Shown here one piece after another: positions 1 to 10,657 of a DNA stretch of 64,000 bases. The translations under genes were made by a program, and so were the position numbers. The stretch lies in the IMG/VR virus record IMGVR_UViG_3300020429_000529, positions 134,762 through 198,761 of that record; one strand, 5' to 3'. The notes beneath the pieces were generated by a model. It was not told the origin of the DNA. It worked only from the letters and a program-made list of their open reading frames with translations, and searched no databases. The stretch's first letter is position 1, and each line of letters starts with the position of its first letter. This DNA is from a virus.

Positions 1-314
1 ATGCGGCGGAGACGTTCGAGGAGCAGGCGGCTCAGAAGCTTGCTCAGTATCGAGGAAAGGTTGTGATTGTCGATAGGAACACCAAGGCGATCAGCTTCCA
101 GTACGATACGCCAGATGGGTCGTATGCCTCCGATGCAGTCATTGATACGAACAACAACTTCGTTGTCGCAGAAACAAGCTTTGTTTCCAACTCGGGCCGC
201 GTCGTCAAGCTCGACTCGTTCGGTAACGTCATCTTCCAGATCGGCGGCGGAACGTTCAGCAAGATCAACGACGTAAGGGCTCTTGTCAATGGAAACGTCT
301 TCATATCAACCTAA
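1..314 (+). CDS. Partial CDS (C-terminal fragment, frame 3 open from window start) of an NHL-repeat-like beta-propeller protein
   Basis: Frame 3 reads AAETFEEQAAQKLAQYRGKVVIVDRNTKAISFQYDTPDG... with no stop until TAA at 312-314. Motifs VVIVDRN...VVKLDSFGNVIFQIGG resemble NHL propeller blades. Confidence 0.4.
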   Translation, partial: AAETFEEQAAQKLAQYRGKVVIVDRNTKAISFQYDTPDGSYASDAVIDTNNNFVVAETSFVSNSGRVVKLDSFGNVIFQIGGGTFSKINDVRALVNGNVFIST

Positions 315-1440
315 GACGCCGATCGAATACTGCGGCTTCTTCAATCAGACGGGCTACGGCAAAGCCGCCTCGACGAATGTTTTCGCGCTCCATCAAACAG
401 GTCGCTACGATGTCCGTATCCACTGCATCAACACGAGACCGACAGCCGACTCGTTCACGGATGAGGACTGGAACCTTCTCAGAAGCATGAGGACCAAGAG
501 GGAGAGTAGCGATGCGATCCAGATCGTCCACAGTATTCCGGACCAATACAGAAGGTGCCCGTTCCGCAAGCGTCGTATCGCCTTTGCTACGTTCGAGACG
601 TTCGATCCGCCCGAGCATTGGATAGGTCATCTCAACAAGTGCGATGCGGTCTTCGTTCCGTCCGAGTTCAACCTTCGTACTTTTTCCCGCGCAGGGGTCA
701 AGGTTCCTATCTTCCATATTCCTCATGTTCTGGACCTGAGCGTATGGAACGCCGATATCGAACCGCTCTACAAGCAGCCAGAGTTCGTATTCGCCTTCGT
801 AGGGACTTGGAGACGAAGGAAGGGGTATGACCTGCTTCTTGAGGCGTACATGCGAGAGTTCGGTCCCGATGAGAACGTGAGGCTTCTCATCAAAACGGAT
901 TCAGCGAACAAGGCGAGCGAATCGATTCGTTCGATGAAACAGGGGTTACAAAAGAAGGAAACTGCCCCCATAACGCTCGAAAGAAAGATACTCCGAGAGC
1001 CAATGATGGCTCGATTCCTCAAGTCAGCCAACTGTCTCGTCTCGCCGACCCTCGGAGAAGGATTCGGCCTGCCGCCCTTGCAGGCTATGGCGGTCAAGGT
1101 TCCTGTCATTGTTACAAACTTTGCAGGATGTCAAGACTACGCCGATGAGACGAACTGTACGCTTTTGGAGCCGTCAGGATTCCTATGTCACGACAAGCTC
1201 GATCCTATTCCTCAGTTTGCGTACAAGAAATGGCCTCGGGTAAAAGTCCTGGACGTGCAGGAGGCTATGAGGGCTGTTTTTGAGAACTATCAAGAAGCGC
1301 AGCGTAAAGCCGATATAGCCTATGAGCGGGTACAAAACAACTACGGATACGACACCTTCGTAGCCGGTTTCGATCAGATGTTGGAGAACGTATACAGTGG
1401 CGGTCACGCTAAAACTCAAGCCATTCAGCGGTACGCTTGA
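283..1440 (+). CDS. Glycosyltransferase family 1 (GT4-like)
   Basis: Conserved GT4 signatures: KGYDLLLEAY...VRLLIK and the EX7E-type motif PTLGEGFGLPPLQAMAVKVPVIVTNFAG. Confidence 0.7.
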   Translation: MSMETSSYQPKTPIEYCGFFNQTGYGKAASTNVFALHQTGRYDVRIHCINTRPTADSFTDEDWNLLRSMRTKRESSDAIQIVHSIPDQYRRCPFRKRRIAFATFETFDPPEHWIGHLNKCDAVFVPSEFNLRTFSRAGVKVPIFHIPHVLDLSVWNADIEPLYKQPEFVFAFVGTWRRRKGYDLLLEAYMREFGPDENVRLLIKTDSANKASESIRSMKQGLQKKETAPITLERKILREPMMARFLKSANCLVSPTLGEGFGLPPLQAMAVKVPVIVTNFAGCQDYADETNCTLLEPSGFLCHDKLDPIPQFAYKKWPRVKVLDVQEAMRAVFENYQEAQRKADIAYERVQNNYGYDTFVAGFDQMLENVYSGGHAKTQAIQRYA

Positions 1441-4400
1441 ACAGACGAAGAACGTCGCTTTCGAACTGACAGGAGTCAGCAGAGAGCGAGATGTTCGCGT
1501 GAGGTTCGAGAATGCGACCCTGGGCCATAACGCTGTCCTTGTTGACTCGCAGGCCGAGTCTCTCGAACTGCCCGCAGGAGGCGACGAGGGGCCTCTCAGC
1601 GGCAATATCGATCTAAGGGTCGAGGCCCATGTCGATAGCAATGTCATCTCGGTATTCGCCAACGTTGAAGAAAAATTCGGGGACGACTGGCGACTCACAG
1701 ATATTGCTGCGTTTGCTTTCCAGATCCAGAGTCAGACAAAGAAGACGACAACCGATCGAGTATCGGTCTATCCTCCGTTCATCGGACCAAGAGAAAAGAC
1801 TCAGATTCAGGTCGAGTCTAAGCCCTACTCGATTCTTGATGTTTTTGTCAATGGTCGCAAGTTCGAGATCAAGACCAACTACGACGGCATCGGGACTCGC
1901 AACATCAGCGGTCTCGACGTTATCAGCGGCTCCGCATCAACAAGCTCGGCCATGCAGCGGTTTGCGGTCGAGTTTGCTCGCAGAGACAACCCTGACGAAC
2001 TGTATGATTCTGGGTCATTCATCCACTATGTTCCAGAGGGCATGAAGGTTCTTCAGTCGGCAGGAGGCAACCCTCCGACCGATGCTCCTGAGTGCGCGAT
2101 TCTTGATCTTGAGCCAGGACCAGGCCTCCGTCTTCGTAGTCTCGACGACTTCTGCTTTGAGGGGGCGGTTGTTGGTTCGGAGTCGATCTTTGATAGAGAC
2201 AGCGACGAGAGCGATTACTACAACTCTCGCGCCGGATTCTGCGGCCCCTTGAATGAGGCGAGCCCTGCTGGCCTTCAGCAAGACGGCGTATGTCGTATCT
2301 ACAACCAGATAGCATCAACCGATCTTCCTGACGGAACTGGTCTTCTTGCATTTACTTCGCAGTACGATCCATCTGCGGAACCAGGCATTACGCAGACTGA
2401 TATCAACAAAGATCTCACGCTTGCGAGCCGAGTCATTCTCGCGCAGGTTCCAACATCCCTCAAGAACGAGGGCAACCCTGTTCGTAACGGAACGATCCTC
2501 AAGCCTGCTAACTTCTACCATACCGCTATACTCAACTCTGTCAATGCGGGCGACCTCATTGGTATCGAGTTCCGAGTAACTGGCGGCGGCGTTTGGGAAG
2601 TTCAGGTAACGGCAGAAAGCGATGCTTCTGCTACTGCGCTCGCTTTCGTCGCGGCTATCAATGCAAACGACAACAATCTTGACAATGAAATCACTGCTCT
2701 TGCGAGAGACGGCGAAGTCGATGTCTATTCTGAGAGTCGTTTCTCGATACGCATTGTTGTTCGAGAGGGCACATCCGATGTCGAGGTCTGTCTCGATAGC
2801 AACAGAACGGTAGAAGTCTTCACAAGCACTGATGGAGCAGATGATGAGGGAGATACGATTGTCTTCCTTACTCCCAAGCTTGGCGCTCGTTCATACTCGG
2901 TTCTGTCTCGAACAGACAGGCTGATTCGATTCGTCATTCCCGAGGGCGTCAACAATACCTTTGGCCCGACGATAACTTCCAACTTCTACTGCGAAAAGTT
3001 TGTCATAACCGACTCGGTAACGGCTGCCTCAACTGAGGATCTTGTCACGGTCGTTCCGTTGCCGTACATCAAGGACATATTTCAGCGAGAGCTTCCTGCT
3101 GTCAATCCCACCGTTTGTTCGTACAGAGACGATGTGGGAGACACTTTTATCTACGTCATCTGTCAGTCCCCTATCTCTGACGGAGCGTACCAGTTATTCT
3201 ACTATTCGTTCCGAATCGGCGACGATCCAAGCACAGGATCTCCTGACTGGAAGCAATTGACATACGACGGAGAGAACAAGAACCCTACCGCTCGAATTGA
3301 TGGCGGCGGCAACATTCATGTTGTCTGGGAATCAGACAGAACCGGACCAACTCAGGTTTACTACGGAGTTCTTGGACCGGCTTCTCCGATCATTTCCAAC
3401 CAAGTTCTGATGTCGGGTGTTGAGAAGGCTTACGAGGCAGGCGTCGAGACGCCGCTTATCAATGTCTCTCCGATTGAGACCGACCTTGATGGAGATTGGC
3501 ACAGGCTCCTTGATAATGGCGGCGGAGTTTCAATCGCAGGTAACAGCATCGGTATCGTTGCGAATCCTGTTGATGATGGCGCTCTTGCTCTGAGGTGTAT
3601 CACGGCAGATGAAAACGGCGAGTCGTTCGATGGTCAGTTCTCGCAGTTTAGCTACCAGATCTCATTCAACCTAAAGGCTTCTGGTTTTCAGAACATTCCG
3701 CTCGGAGATCGCAATCTTCAGTTGTTGTTTGATGAGTGGAAGAATCAGTTCACGCCAGTAGGCAACAATCGCTACGAGTACGAAGGCAACCGTATGACCC
3801 TCGATCAGTTCGAGAGGTATTACGAGAAGATCATCCCGATTGTTGGTTCGTATCGATTCCCGAATGTCACAAATGGCGAGATTGCGGGCGGAACCGATGC
3901 CGTTGGTTTCGATCATACCGAAGCGGACAACTACATTCCTTTCTCAGATGCCGCTGAGCTTGCTCACATCGCCAATGTAAACCACTTCGTACTGGCGCTG
4001 ATGCCTGAGAAGGTTCGTTTCAAGGCAGTCAACCAAGAGCCGAAGTTTGTCTTCTGCGAGCGCAACGAGCTTAGCGTTGACCAGTGCGATGGCTATGTTT
4101 CAGAGCTTGAGGAGATCCATTACACGGGTCGCTTCAAACTCGCTCTTCTGCTTGCAACAAGCGAAGACGAATCAACAGGACACGTTTCTCGCAAGCGTTT
4201 CCATGTCATCCGACAGTTCGGAGATCCGATTCAGTTCCAGTCTGAATCTGGCGGAGAGTTGGATCACGACATCGATATCCTTGTTCATTACAACAAGGCA
4301 TCGTCTGATCACATTGGCAACATTTTGAAGGTTGATCGATACGGTCAGCCGCAGGACTATCGTTTCTACGGAGACATTGTTGTTGCTATCGATGATGAAG

Positions 4401-7400
4401 CTCGTCTTGGTCAGTCGTTTGTTGCGGACTTCTCGAATCAGTTCAGAGAGATGAACATCGGTTTCGGTATTCCTTCTCAAGGACAGTACCTTACAAACGA
4501 GTTCTTGCCATACAACGGCAATCTGTATGACGATCTTGAGATTACGCTTGATTACAGCGCTGTCAAGATTGGCGTTCCAACAATGTCGGTCAACAGCAAC
4601 TACTCATCGTTCACATATAACGATCGCTCGACGAACTCTCTGACGGTTCAGGGCAACGCTCTGACGAACCTCATATCCAACGGATCATTCGAGGAGACTC
4701 TGATTCCGATCGTACCGATCGAGGCGATTCTCGATGAGCAGTTCATTATTCAGAACTGGCGAGCGGATCAGGGCATCTACTATCACTACGAGTCTACCTC
4801 GTTCTTGTTGGCTGCTAATGGTGTTCGTTTTATCGAGATGACAGGTCTTGATAACTCAACTCTTGGATTCATTGAGCAGGACGTTCCGACTGTTTCTGGT
4901 AAGGAATACATCATCCGATTCCGAACTGCATCGCATCCTTTGGCGGCGGTTCATTTTGGCGCGAACACGATTCGTAAGACTCAGCTTTCTGCTGGTCCCG
5001 CTTCGACCGAGTTCCCTACATTCGCCAGATTTGACAATGGCTCGATCTACTATGAGCGGTACATGAAGTTCACGGCGAACTCAAGCATAACAACGGTTCG
5101 CTTCGAGAATACTTCCAGCGCCAATGCTGACGGATCAGATCTATGGCACCTTGATGGTATGCTGATCGATGATGTCCGCATGTATGCGACCGAGGACATC
5201 CTTGATGAGTTGGCCTCAGATTCCTCATGGGATAACTTGAGAATCTCTGAAGAAGAGTTCAAGTTCAACAAGTCGCTCACAAACGAGGGGTTTACACAAG
5301 TTCCGATCACGTTCTCTGATACTCAGCAGAACCGTAATCCTGATCTTTGGGTTGACCATTTCCACAAGCCTCACGTTGCTTTTCAGTCGAACCGCAACGG
5401 TTACTGGGATATCTACTACTCAGGCGCTCGCGATCGTTCCGTTCCCTTCCGCTTTGATACTCGTATTACCGATTCTCGCAGCGTAAGCGTCAATCCGTCG
5501 ATAGCCGTAGATCCTGAAGGTCGAAGGCTCATTGCATGGCAGGATGACCGCAACGGCGATCAGCAGATCTACTGCGCCACATCGGATGAGAGAGACGAGC
5601 AATGGCATAATCAGTGTAGAGTTGATGAGGCGGACGAATACGTTTACCGCATCAACAGCAACTCCGATCCATACGATCCATACTTCGGAGAGACAGATAC
5701 TCTATCTTGTCAGGTTGTCTTTGACTTCGAAGCGCCTGAGAATGCCGATTACCACTTCCGAATCTTGTTCTATTCAAACGAGGCAAGAACCAATCTTGTC
5801 AAGGCGATTAGTTCCAAGTCTGATATTGCGGGTTGGTTCGTAAATGACTTGCAGATGCCGTATGACGGATCTCCGCTCCTTGAGGGAGAGACCGCTACCG
5901 TTGTCTACAACGTCTCTCAAGAAGACGCTTTGACTGGTCAGGTGTATTACTTGACTATCGAGTTTGAGTCTGTGGATTTTGAGAACTATGACGCAACCGT
6001 CATCGATGTTTTTGGAAGCTCATCGAACATCACAATTCTTGATGGAGATCCTGGAACGGATCTTTCTCTTGGCTCGAATGAGAGCGATACAAACCTGATT
6101 GCTGTTGTTGAATCGCAAGGCTTGTCTCCTATTGCAATTGATGCTCAGGATAACAACTACTTCACCACAGAGTTTGGCGATGGTATGAGTTTTCCGAGAG
6201 GTCTTGATCGTCTTCCTGGTCTCAACCAAGGAGATCAGTATGTTTCTGTCTTCTTCAAGGTAGATCCTGCTACAACGACGGTTGGCATCAACTTCAGCAT
6301 CAAGTTCAAGAGACCGATTGTTGCCATCTTCTATGATGGCGAGCTTCTGACTGATACTTCTCAGGATGCGTTTGGGAACCCGACGTTTTCCTATCCTGAT
6401 GGAGGATGGGAACTCGGCGAACCTCCGCTTACAAATGACAACGCAACCATTTCTGCCGACCGTATGACTCTTTCGGGATTTGCTGGCGTAAATGAGTTTC
6501 AGGTTGATTCATTCCGAGTCATTCTTGGAACCGCTGGCGTTGTTGACGGCACATCGAACTTTGCGTTCTACTGCCCTTCTGAGCAGCCTCCTCGTTGCGA
6601 TGTCAACGTTCGCTATCAGAATGATTCGCCCGTTGAGCAAGATGTTCACTTTAAGGCCAGCTTCTATGCCGATCCTGAGCGAGAGCTATTGCTCTTCTCG
6701 ACTCTGACCTTTACTGATCCGACTGGATGGACCGCAAACAGTACGAGTTTCCCCTCTTCTGGTTTGACGATTCCTGCGGGCGAGTATGCGAGCGCTATCT
6801 TCACTCCAAACTTCCTGCCCTCAGAAGTCTGGGCAGGACAGACAGCGTTGCCTTATGGCTTTGCCATTCGAAGCAACTTTGATAAGAACAATGATGGATG
6901 GCGTATTGCGGATGATACGGGAGTATCTGGCTTCAATAGCACTCCGACGATTCTTGGTCCGGCGACATGGGATTCTGATCGAGGTCGAGGCGCTCTGCGG
7001 CAGTTCAATGCAAGCGCGGATCTACGGCAGTTTATTGCTCCTGCGAAGTTCTTGGGCAACAAGATCAACTTCTACGGAGGCTCCTTCAAGTGGAAGGCCA
7101 GACTCGATGAGTCGATAACGCAAACAGGCTCGCCCACAACTCCGATCTTCTTCATTAGGGGAACAGAAGGTTTGCTCTACTTCTTCGGAAGCCCTTCTGC
7201 TCGTATACCTGATAGATCCGAGGATTACACTGAGTTCGAAGTTGTTATCTCTGAGACTTCTGCGGGTAGCCTTGTGCTATATGATGATGGAGGAGGCTTT
7301 GGCGCTGCAACCGCAGATGATGTCAAGAGCGTTCTCAGGAACATTGTCTCTATCGAGGTTGAAGCTAAGCACATTGTCTCTCAGGACGATCAGATGTTCT

Positions 7401-9214
7401 TGAGTGAGTTCTCTATGGAGAAAACTTCTGCGGTCAGCGAGCGAACCTTCAGGCGCTTGCTTTGTGGAGTTCCATACTACGTTGTCATTGATAGCTACAT
7501 TGATGGCGCTCTGAATGAGATGCTTACCGAGACCGTTCTCTGTCCTTGCTTCTGGTCGGAGGCAGATATTTGGAGAGAGAACAAGGATGCAATGAACTGG
7601 TCTTGCAGCGGTCAGGGCGGTAGCGATATGCGTGTCACAAACACAAGCAATGACGCCATTCGTCCTCATGTTGCAGCCGCAGAGAACAACCTCATCTATA
7701 TCTCTTGGGAAGACTACCGCTACACAAGGGTTCTTTCTGCTCAGCCTGCGCTATCGCCAGACTACTTCTTTGGCATCTGGGACGCTGCAAGCAATGCCCT
7801 CTACTCTTCGGGTCAGGGAGATTTTGATCGTCGCATGACGTATTTCAGCGACGAAGGCAACCTCGTTCTGTATGATGCAGATATCTTCATCGATCCCTTC
7901 CAGAACATCAACATTGGCTTCCATGACGGAACCAAGGCATATTCAAGAGCCTGCAGCGTTGGTTGCCCTCTTGAGGCTTTCAATGAAGCTATCAGGCCGT
8001 GCCAGTTTACAGACGGTACGGATGACGATTTCTATCAGGTTGGCGGATCTCCTGAGAGAGATGTCGATCAGTATATGCAGGTTCGAATCAAGGATGAGTA
8101 TGTTGCATATTCGACATACCTTGATCTTCAGCAGCCTATGCCTGTCATCAATGATTGCTTTGTTGAGCTTGACATAGTTGGAGTACCAGGAACTTATGCT
8201 TACCGTCTCAAGAACGATGAGGACGAAGACTTTACGGAATGGCTGCCGATCGGAGCCGATCTTCCTGCGCAAGAAACGGATGGAACGGGCGCTCAGGCAG
8301 AGCGAGACTTCTTCAAGGCTCGTTTCACAGGGCGAGACCGATTCATCGCTCCATGGGTGTTGTCTCCCAACAACGGCGTCAAGCGGATCTGTTGCGAAGT
8401 TCTCACGTTCTTTGGCAAGACAGAGAGGTTCTGCGTCAATGTTCAGGCCCTCTACAAGGAGCTTGAATACGACGTTGACTTCTTCTTTGACGCTGAACTC
8501 ACCAAGCCGGTCCCGAAGTTTGGAGACCTCCCGGTCGTCAGCACCAAGTTTACGGAGACTGCGATTACGGAGGATAACCTTACTTCAATCACCGAAGAGG
8601 TCACAGAAACCAACGAGATCTACGTCAAGATTTCCTTCAGAGACGTATCGAGGCTTGAACTGCTCGAACGACTTGGATCTCTTGAGCGGTTTAGCTCTCT
8701 TGGCGGGATTACTATGAGCGTTTACCAGCAGGGTCTTGCGGATCAGTTGAATCTGTCGCTGACTCTGATGGATTCTGAGACGTTTGGCGCTGGCGTGTAC
8801 GGCGGAGCCTTCAGGGTTGAAGAGGACGACACAGTTGTCAACAAGGACGGTCTTGCTGTCATTGTTGTAAACGTACCAGGAAACTGTAATCCGTTTACAT
8901 TCGAAGAGGCCATTGCAAGGCTTGGGGTTGATCCCGATGTTCAATCCCTTGAGCAGAGGGTGTCGATTCTCAACGACTTTACTGTCTTCCGAGACCGATA
9001 CACTCAGGATGACGCAAGAGGTTCCTTCGGAAATCCTGCGTACTACAAGACTCAGAGGTTTGGTAGCGGCGGCGCAAATCCAAGAGGAGCGAGTTCCGAT
9101 TGGAGCGGCGGCGGAGATGGACCTATCAACGGAGCTACAGGCGGCGGCACGACCGTTCCTGCGCCTCCGCCGCCTGACGAAGGCGGATTCACGTTGCCCG
9201 ATGGAGGGGGCTAA
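1397..9214 (+). CDS. Giant virion/fibre-like structural protein (2605 aa) with TolB-like propeller-blade motifs and a Gly/Pro-rich C-terminus
   Basis: Uninterrupted 7.8 kb ORF with a GTG start and GGAGAA 7 nt upstream. Blade-like motifs VVWESDRTGPTQVYYG, AFQSNRNGYWDIYYSG, IAWQDDRNGDQQIYCA and ISWEDYRYTRV. C-terminal GSGGANPRGASSDWSGGGDG...PAPPPPDEGG. Confidence 0.7.
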   Translation: MAVTLKLKPFSGTLEQTKNVAFELTGVSRERDVRVRFENATLGHNAVLVDSQAESLELPAGGDEGPLSGNIDLRVEAHVDSNVISVFANVEEKFGDDWRLTDIAAFAFQIQSQTKKTTTDRVSVYPPFIGPREKTQIQVESKPYSILDVFVNGRKFEIKTNYDGIGTRNISGLDVISGSASTSSAMQRFAVEFARRDNPDELYDSGSFIHYVPEGMKVLQSAGGNPPTDAPECAILDLEPGPGLRLRSLDDFCFEGAVVGSESIFDRDSDESDYYNSRAGFCGPLNEASPAGLQQDGVCRIYNQIASTDLPDGTGLLAFTSQYDPSAEPGITQTDINKDLTLASRVILAQVPTSLKNEGNPVRNGTILKPANFYHTAILNSVNAGDLIGIEFRVTGGGVWEVQVTAESDASATALAFVAAINANDNNLDNEITALARDGEVDVYSESRFSIRIVVREGTSDVEVCLDSNRTVEVFTSTDGADDEGDTIVFLTPKLGARSYSVLSRTDRLIRFVIPEGVNNTFGPTITSNFYCEKFVITDSVTAASTEDLVTVVPLPYIKDIFQRELPAVNPTVCSYRDDVGDTFIYVICQSPISDGAYQLFYYSFRIGDDPSTGSPDWKQLTYDGENKNPTARIDGGGNIHVVWESDRTGPTQVYYGVLGPASPIISNQVLMSGVEKAYEAGVETPLINVSPIETDLDGDWHRLLDNGGGVSIAGNSIGIVANPVDDGALALRCITADENGESFDGQFSQFSYQISFNLKASGFQNIPLGDRNLQLLFDEWKNQFTPVGNNRYEYEGNRMTLDQFERYYEKIIPIVGSYRFPNVTNGEIAGGTDAVGFDHTEADNYIPFSDAAELAHIANVNHFVLALMPEKVRFKAVNQEPKFVFCERNELSVDQCDGYVSELEEIHYTGRFKLALLLATSEDESTGHVSRKRFHVIRQFGDPIQFQSESGGELDHDIDILVHYNKASSDHIGNILKVDRYGQPQDYRFYGDIVVAIDDEARLGQSFVADFSNQFREMNIGFGIPSQGQYLTNEFLPYNGNLYDDLEITLDYSAVKIGVPTMSVNSNYSSFTYNDRSTNSLTVQGNALTNLISNGSFEETLIPIVPIEAILDEQFIIQNWRADQGIYYHYESTSFLLAANGVRFIEMTGLDNSTLGFIEQDVPTVSGKEYIIRFRTASHPLAAVHFGANTIRKTQLSAGPASTEFPTFARFDNGSIYYERYMKFTANSSITTVRFENTSSANADGSDLWHLDGMLIDDVRMYATEDILDELASDSSWDNLRISEEEFKFNKSLTNEGFTQVPITFSDTQQNRNPDLWVDHFHKPHVAFQSNRNGYWDIYYSGARDRSVPFRFDTRITDSRSVSVNPSIAVDPEGRRLIAWQDDRNGDQQIYCATSDERDEQWHNQCRVDEADEYVYRINSNSDPYDPYFGETDTLSCQVVFDFEAPENADYHFRILFYSNEARTNLVKAISSKSDIAGWFVNDLQMPYDGSPLLEGETATVVYNVSQEDALTGQVYYLTIEFESVDFENYDATVIDVFGSSSNITILDGDPGTDLSLGSNESDTNLIAVVESQGLSPIAIDAQDNNYFTTEFGDGMSFPRGLDRLPGLNQGDQYVSVFFKVDPATTTVGINFSIKFKRPIVAIFYDGELLTDTSQDAFGNPTFSYPDGGWELGEPPLTNDNATISADRMTLSGFAGVNEFQVDSFRVILGTAGVVDGTSNFAFYCPSEQPPRCDVNVRYQNDSPVEQDVHFKASFYADPERELLLFSTLTFTDPTGWTANSTSFPSSGLTIPAGEYASAIFTPNFLPSEVWAGQTALPYGFAIRSNFDKNNDGWRIADDTGVSGFNSTPTILGPATWDSDRGRGALRQFNASADLRQFIAPAKFLGNKINFYGGSFKWKARLDESITQTGSPTTPIFFIRGTEGLLYFFGSPSARIPDRSEDYTEFEVVISETSAGSLVLYDDGGGFGAATADDVKSVLRNIVSIEVEAKHIVSQDDQMFLSEFSMEKTSAVSERTFRRLLCGVPYYVVIDSYIDGALNEMLTETVLCPCFWSEADIWRENKDAMNWSCSGQGGSDMRVTNTSNDAIRPHVAAAENNLIYISWEDYRYTRVLSAQPALSPDYFFGIWDAASNALYSSGQGDFDRRMTYFSDEGNLVLYDADIFIDPFQNINIGFHDGTKAYSRACSVGCPLEAFNEAIRPCQFTDGTDDDFYQVGGSPERDVDQYMQVRIKDEYVAYSTYLDLQQPMPVINDCFVELDIVGVPGTYAYRLKNDEDEDFTEWLPIGADLPAQETDGTGAQAERDFFKARFTGRDRFIAPWVLSPNNGVKRICCEVLTFFGKTERFCVNVQALYKELEYDVDFFFDAELTKPVPKFGDLPVVSTKFTETAITEDNLTSITEEVTETNEIYVKISFRDVSRLELLERLGSLERFSSLGGITMSVYQQGLADQLNLSLTLMDSETFGAGVYGGAFRVEEDDTVVNKDGLAVIVVNVPGNCNPFTFEEAIARLGVDPDVQSLEQRVSILNDFTVFRDRYTQDDARGSFGNPAYYKTQRFGSGGANPRGASSDWSGGGDGPINGATGGGTTVPAPPPPDEGGFTLPDGGG

Positions 9215-9220
9215 TAGTAG

Positions 9221-10657
9221 ATGGCAAGACCTAATCGACCATCATTGGTATTCCCCAATGGCGGAGAAGAGATACTTACTCGCGTCGTAGAAGTCACGTG
9301 GGAAGAGCCTTCTCCTGTCTCCAATGACGGTACGCCTGTTTTCTACGAGATCTACTACTGCGACAACTACGATAACTTCGACGAGCCTGACTGGCAGATG
9401 ATTGCCATGGTCCCTTCTGGTAATCGAACTTACGCCTGGGAGATTGGCAACTACCTTCGCAGCGAAAAGGTTCGAGTCGCCATCAATAGCGTCAATGCCA
9501 GAGGCGAGCGCAGCGATCTATCGATTTCTGCGGAAGACATCTTCATCAAGAGAGCCCTCCCTCCAACGCCAGCGGTTCTCAGCCCTGTTCCGAACGGTCG
9601 TTATGGTCGATCGGTCCAGATCGTTCTCGATGACTCTGCCGTGAGAAACACTTTCGGACAACGAGCCAAGTATTACATCTTCTTCAGTTCTGATAAAGCA
9701 GGTATTCCTTTGTCTCCTGTTGCTCAGAAGATTCCTATAGGTACAGGACCGATTGTTTGGGATACATCGCTTCTGAAGCCATCTGACGACTACATCCTGA
9801 CTGTATACCTTGCTGATGACGATGGCAACAAGTCTTCAGAGGTCAATGTCAGGAATATCAAGATCTTCAACGAAGGCTTCTTCCTGATTGACACCAAACC
9901 GCCGAGCGGTTTTGTTCAGATCAATGATGGCGAAGAATTCACAAGAGAGCGAGATGTCTCGGTCAAGTTGTTCGCTTTTGATGAGACGACAGGCGCTCAT
10001 TCAATGCAGTTCCAGGAAGGGGAAGAAGCCGGACCTGCAGAGGCCATTGCCAATCTCAAGTATGTCACTTTGTCTGAGGAGGATGGCGTCAAGACGCTGA
10101 AGGTATTGTTCCAGGACTTTGGAGCAAACCGAACATCTGAGATTCAGAAGAAGTTCCGAATCTTGTTTGATATCGACAACCAGGATATCGGAGACATCAT
10201 CTATCAGACGGCCAGCAATACGGTTTGGCTTGGATACAACGGCCCCGAACCGGCGCTCTACAAGAGCGATTCGCAGGGCATAAGTTTTGCGGCAAGGGTC
10301 AATGAGCCAATCAACTCGCTTTCGGTTTTGAATGGCGTTGTTTACATTGCTGTTGATACGCCAGATGATACCGCTCTTGTCTATCGCTTTACCGGCGTAG
10401 GCGTTGAGCAAGTCATTGGGTTGACGGAAATGGAAACCGAGATATTGTCGATGGGTACATATAAGGGGAACATGTACCTGGGATCTATGAATGGAGATCT
10501 GTACCTGTATGACGAGACAGCGATCAGTCTTCTTACTCAGTTCAGCAATCCGATTGATCGTATCTATTCGGACGGCTCGTTGCTCTACATTCTCCTTCGC
10601 AACAACTCATCGATCCATATCTATGACGGAACGCAGTTCGTTGAGGTAGAACTCTAA
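9221..10657 (+). CDS. Structural protein with an N-terminal FN3-like domain and a C-terminal beta-propeller-like region
   Basis: FN3-like stretch VVEVTWEEPSPVSNDGTPVFYEIYYCDNYD...YAWEIGNY. C-terminal blade-like repeats NGVVYIAVDTPDD, GNMYLGSMNGDLYLYDE and SLLYILLRNNSSIHIYDG. Tightly coupled to its neighbours. Confidence 0.55.
   Translation: MARPNRPSLVFPNGGEEILTRVVEVTWEEPSPVSNDGTPVFYEIYYCDNYDNFDEPDWQMIAMVPSGNRTYAWEIGNYLRSEKVRVAINSVNARGERSDLSISAEDIFIKRALPPTPAVLSPVPNGRYGRSVQIVLDDSAVRNTFGQRAKYYIFFSSDKAGIPLSPVAQKIPIGTGPIVWDTSLLKPSDDYILTVYLADDDGNKSSEVNVRNIKIFNEGFFLIDTKPPSGFVQINDGEEFTRERDVSVKLFAFDETTGAHSMQFQEGEEAGPAEAIANLKYVTLSEEDGVKTLKVLFQDFGANRTSEIQKKFRILFDIDNQDIGDIIYQTASNTVWLGYNGPEPALYKSDSQGISFAARVNEPINSLSVLNGVVYIAVDTPDDTALVYRFTGVGVEQVIGLTEMETEILSMGTYKGNMYLGSMNGDLYLYDETAISLLTQFSNPIDRIYSDGSLLYILLRNNSSIHIYDGTQFVEVEL

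Noticed and set aside
1629-2045. Numerous 60-180 aa alternative-frame ORFs inside the giant genes
   Set aside because: They overlap long, motif-rich reading frames and have Ser/Arg/Thr-rich low-complexity translations typical of out-of-frame readings of GC-biased coding DNA.
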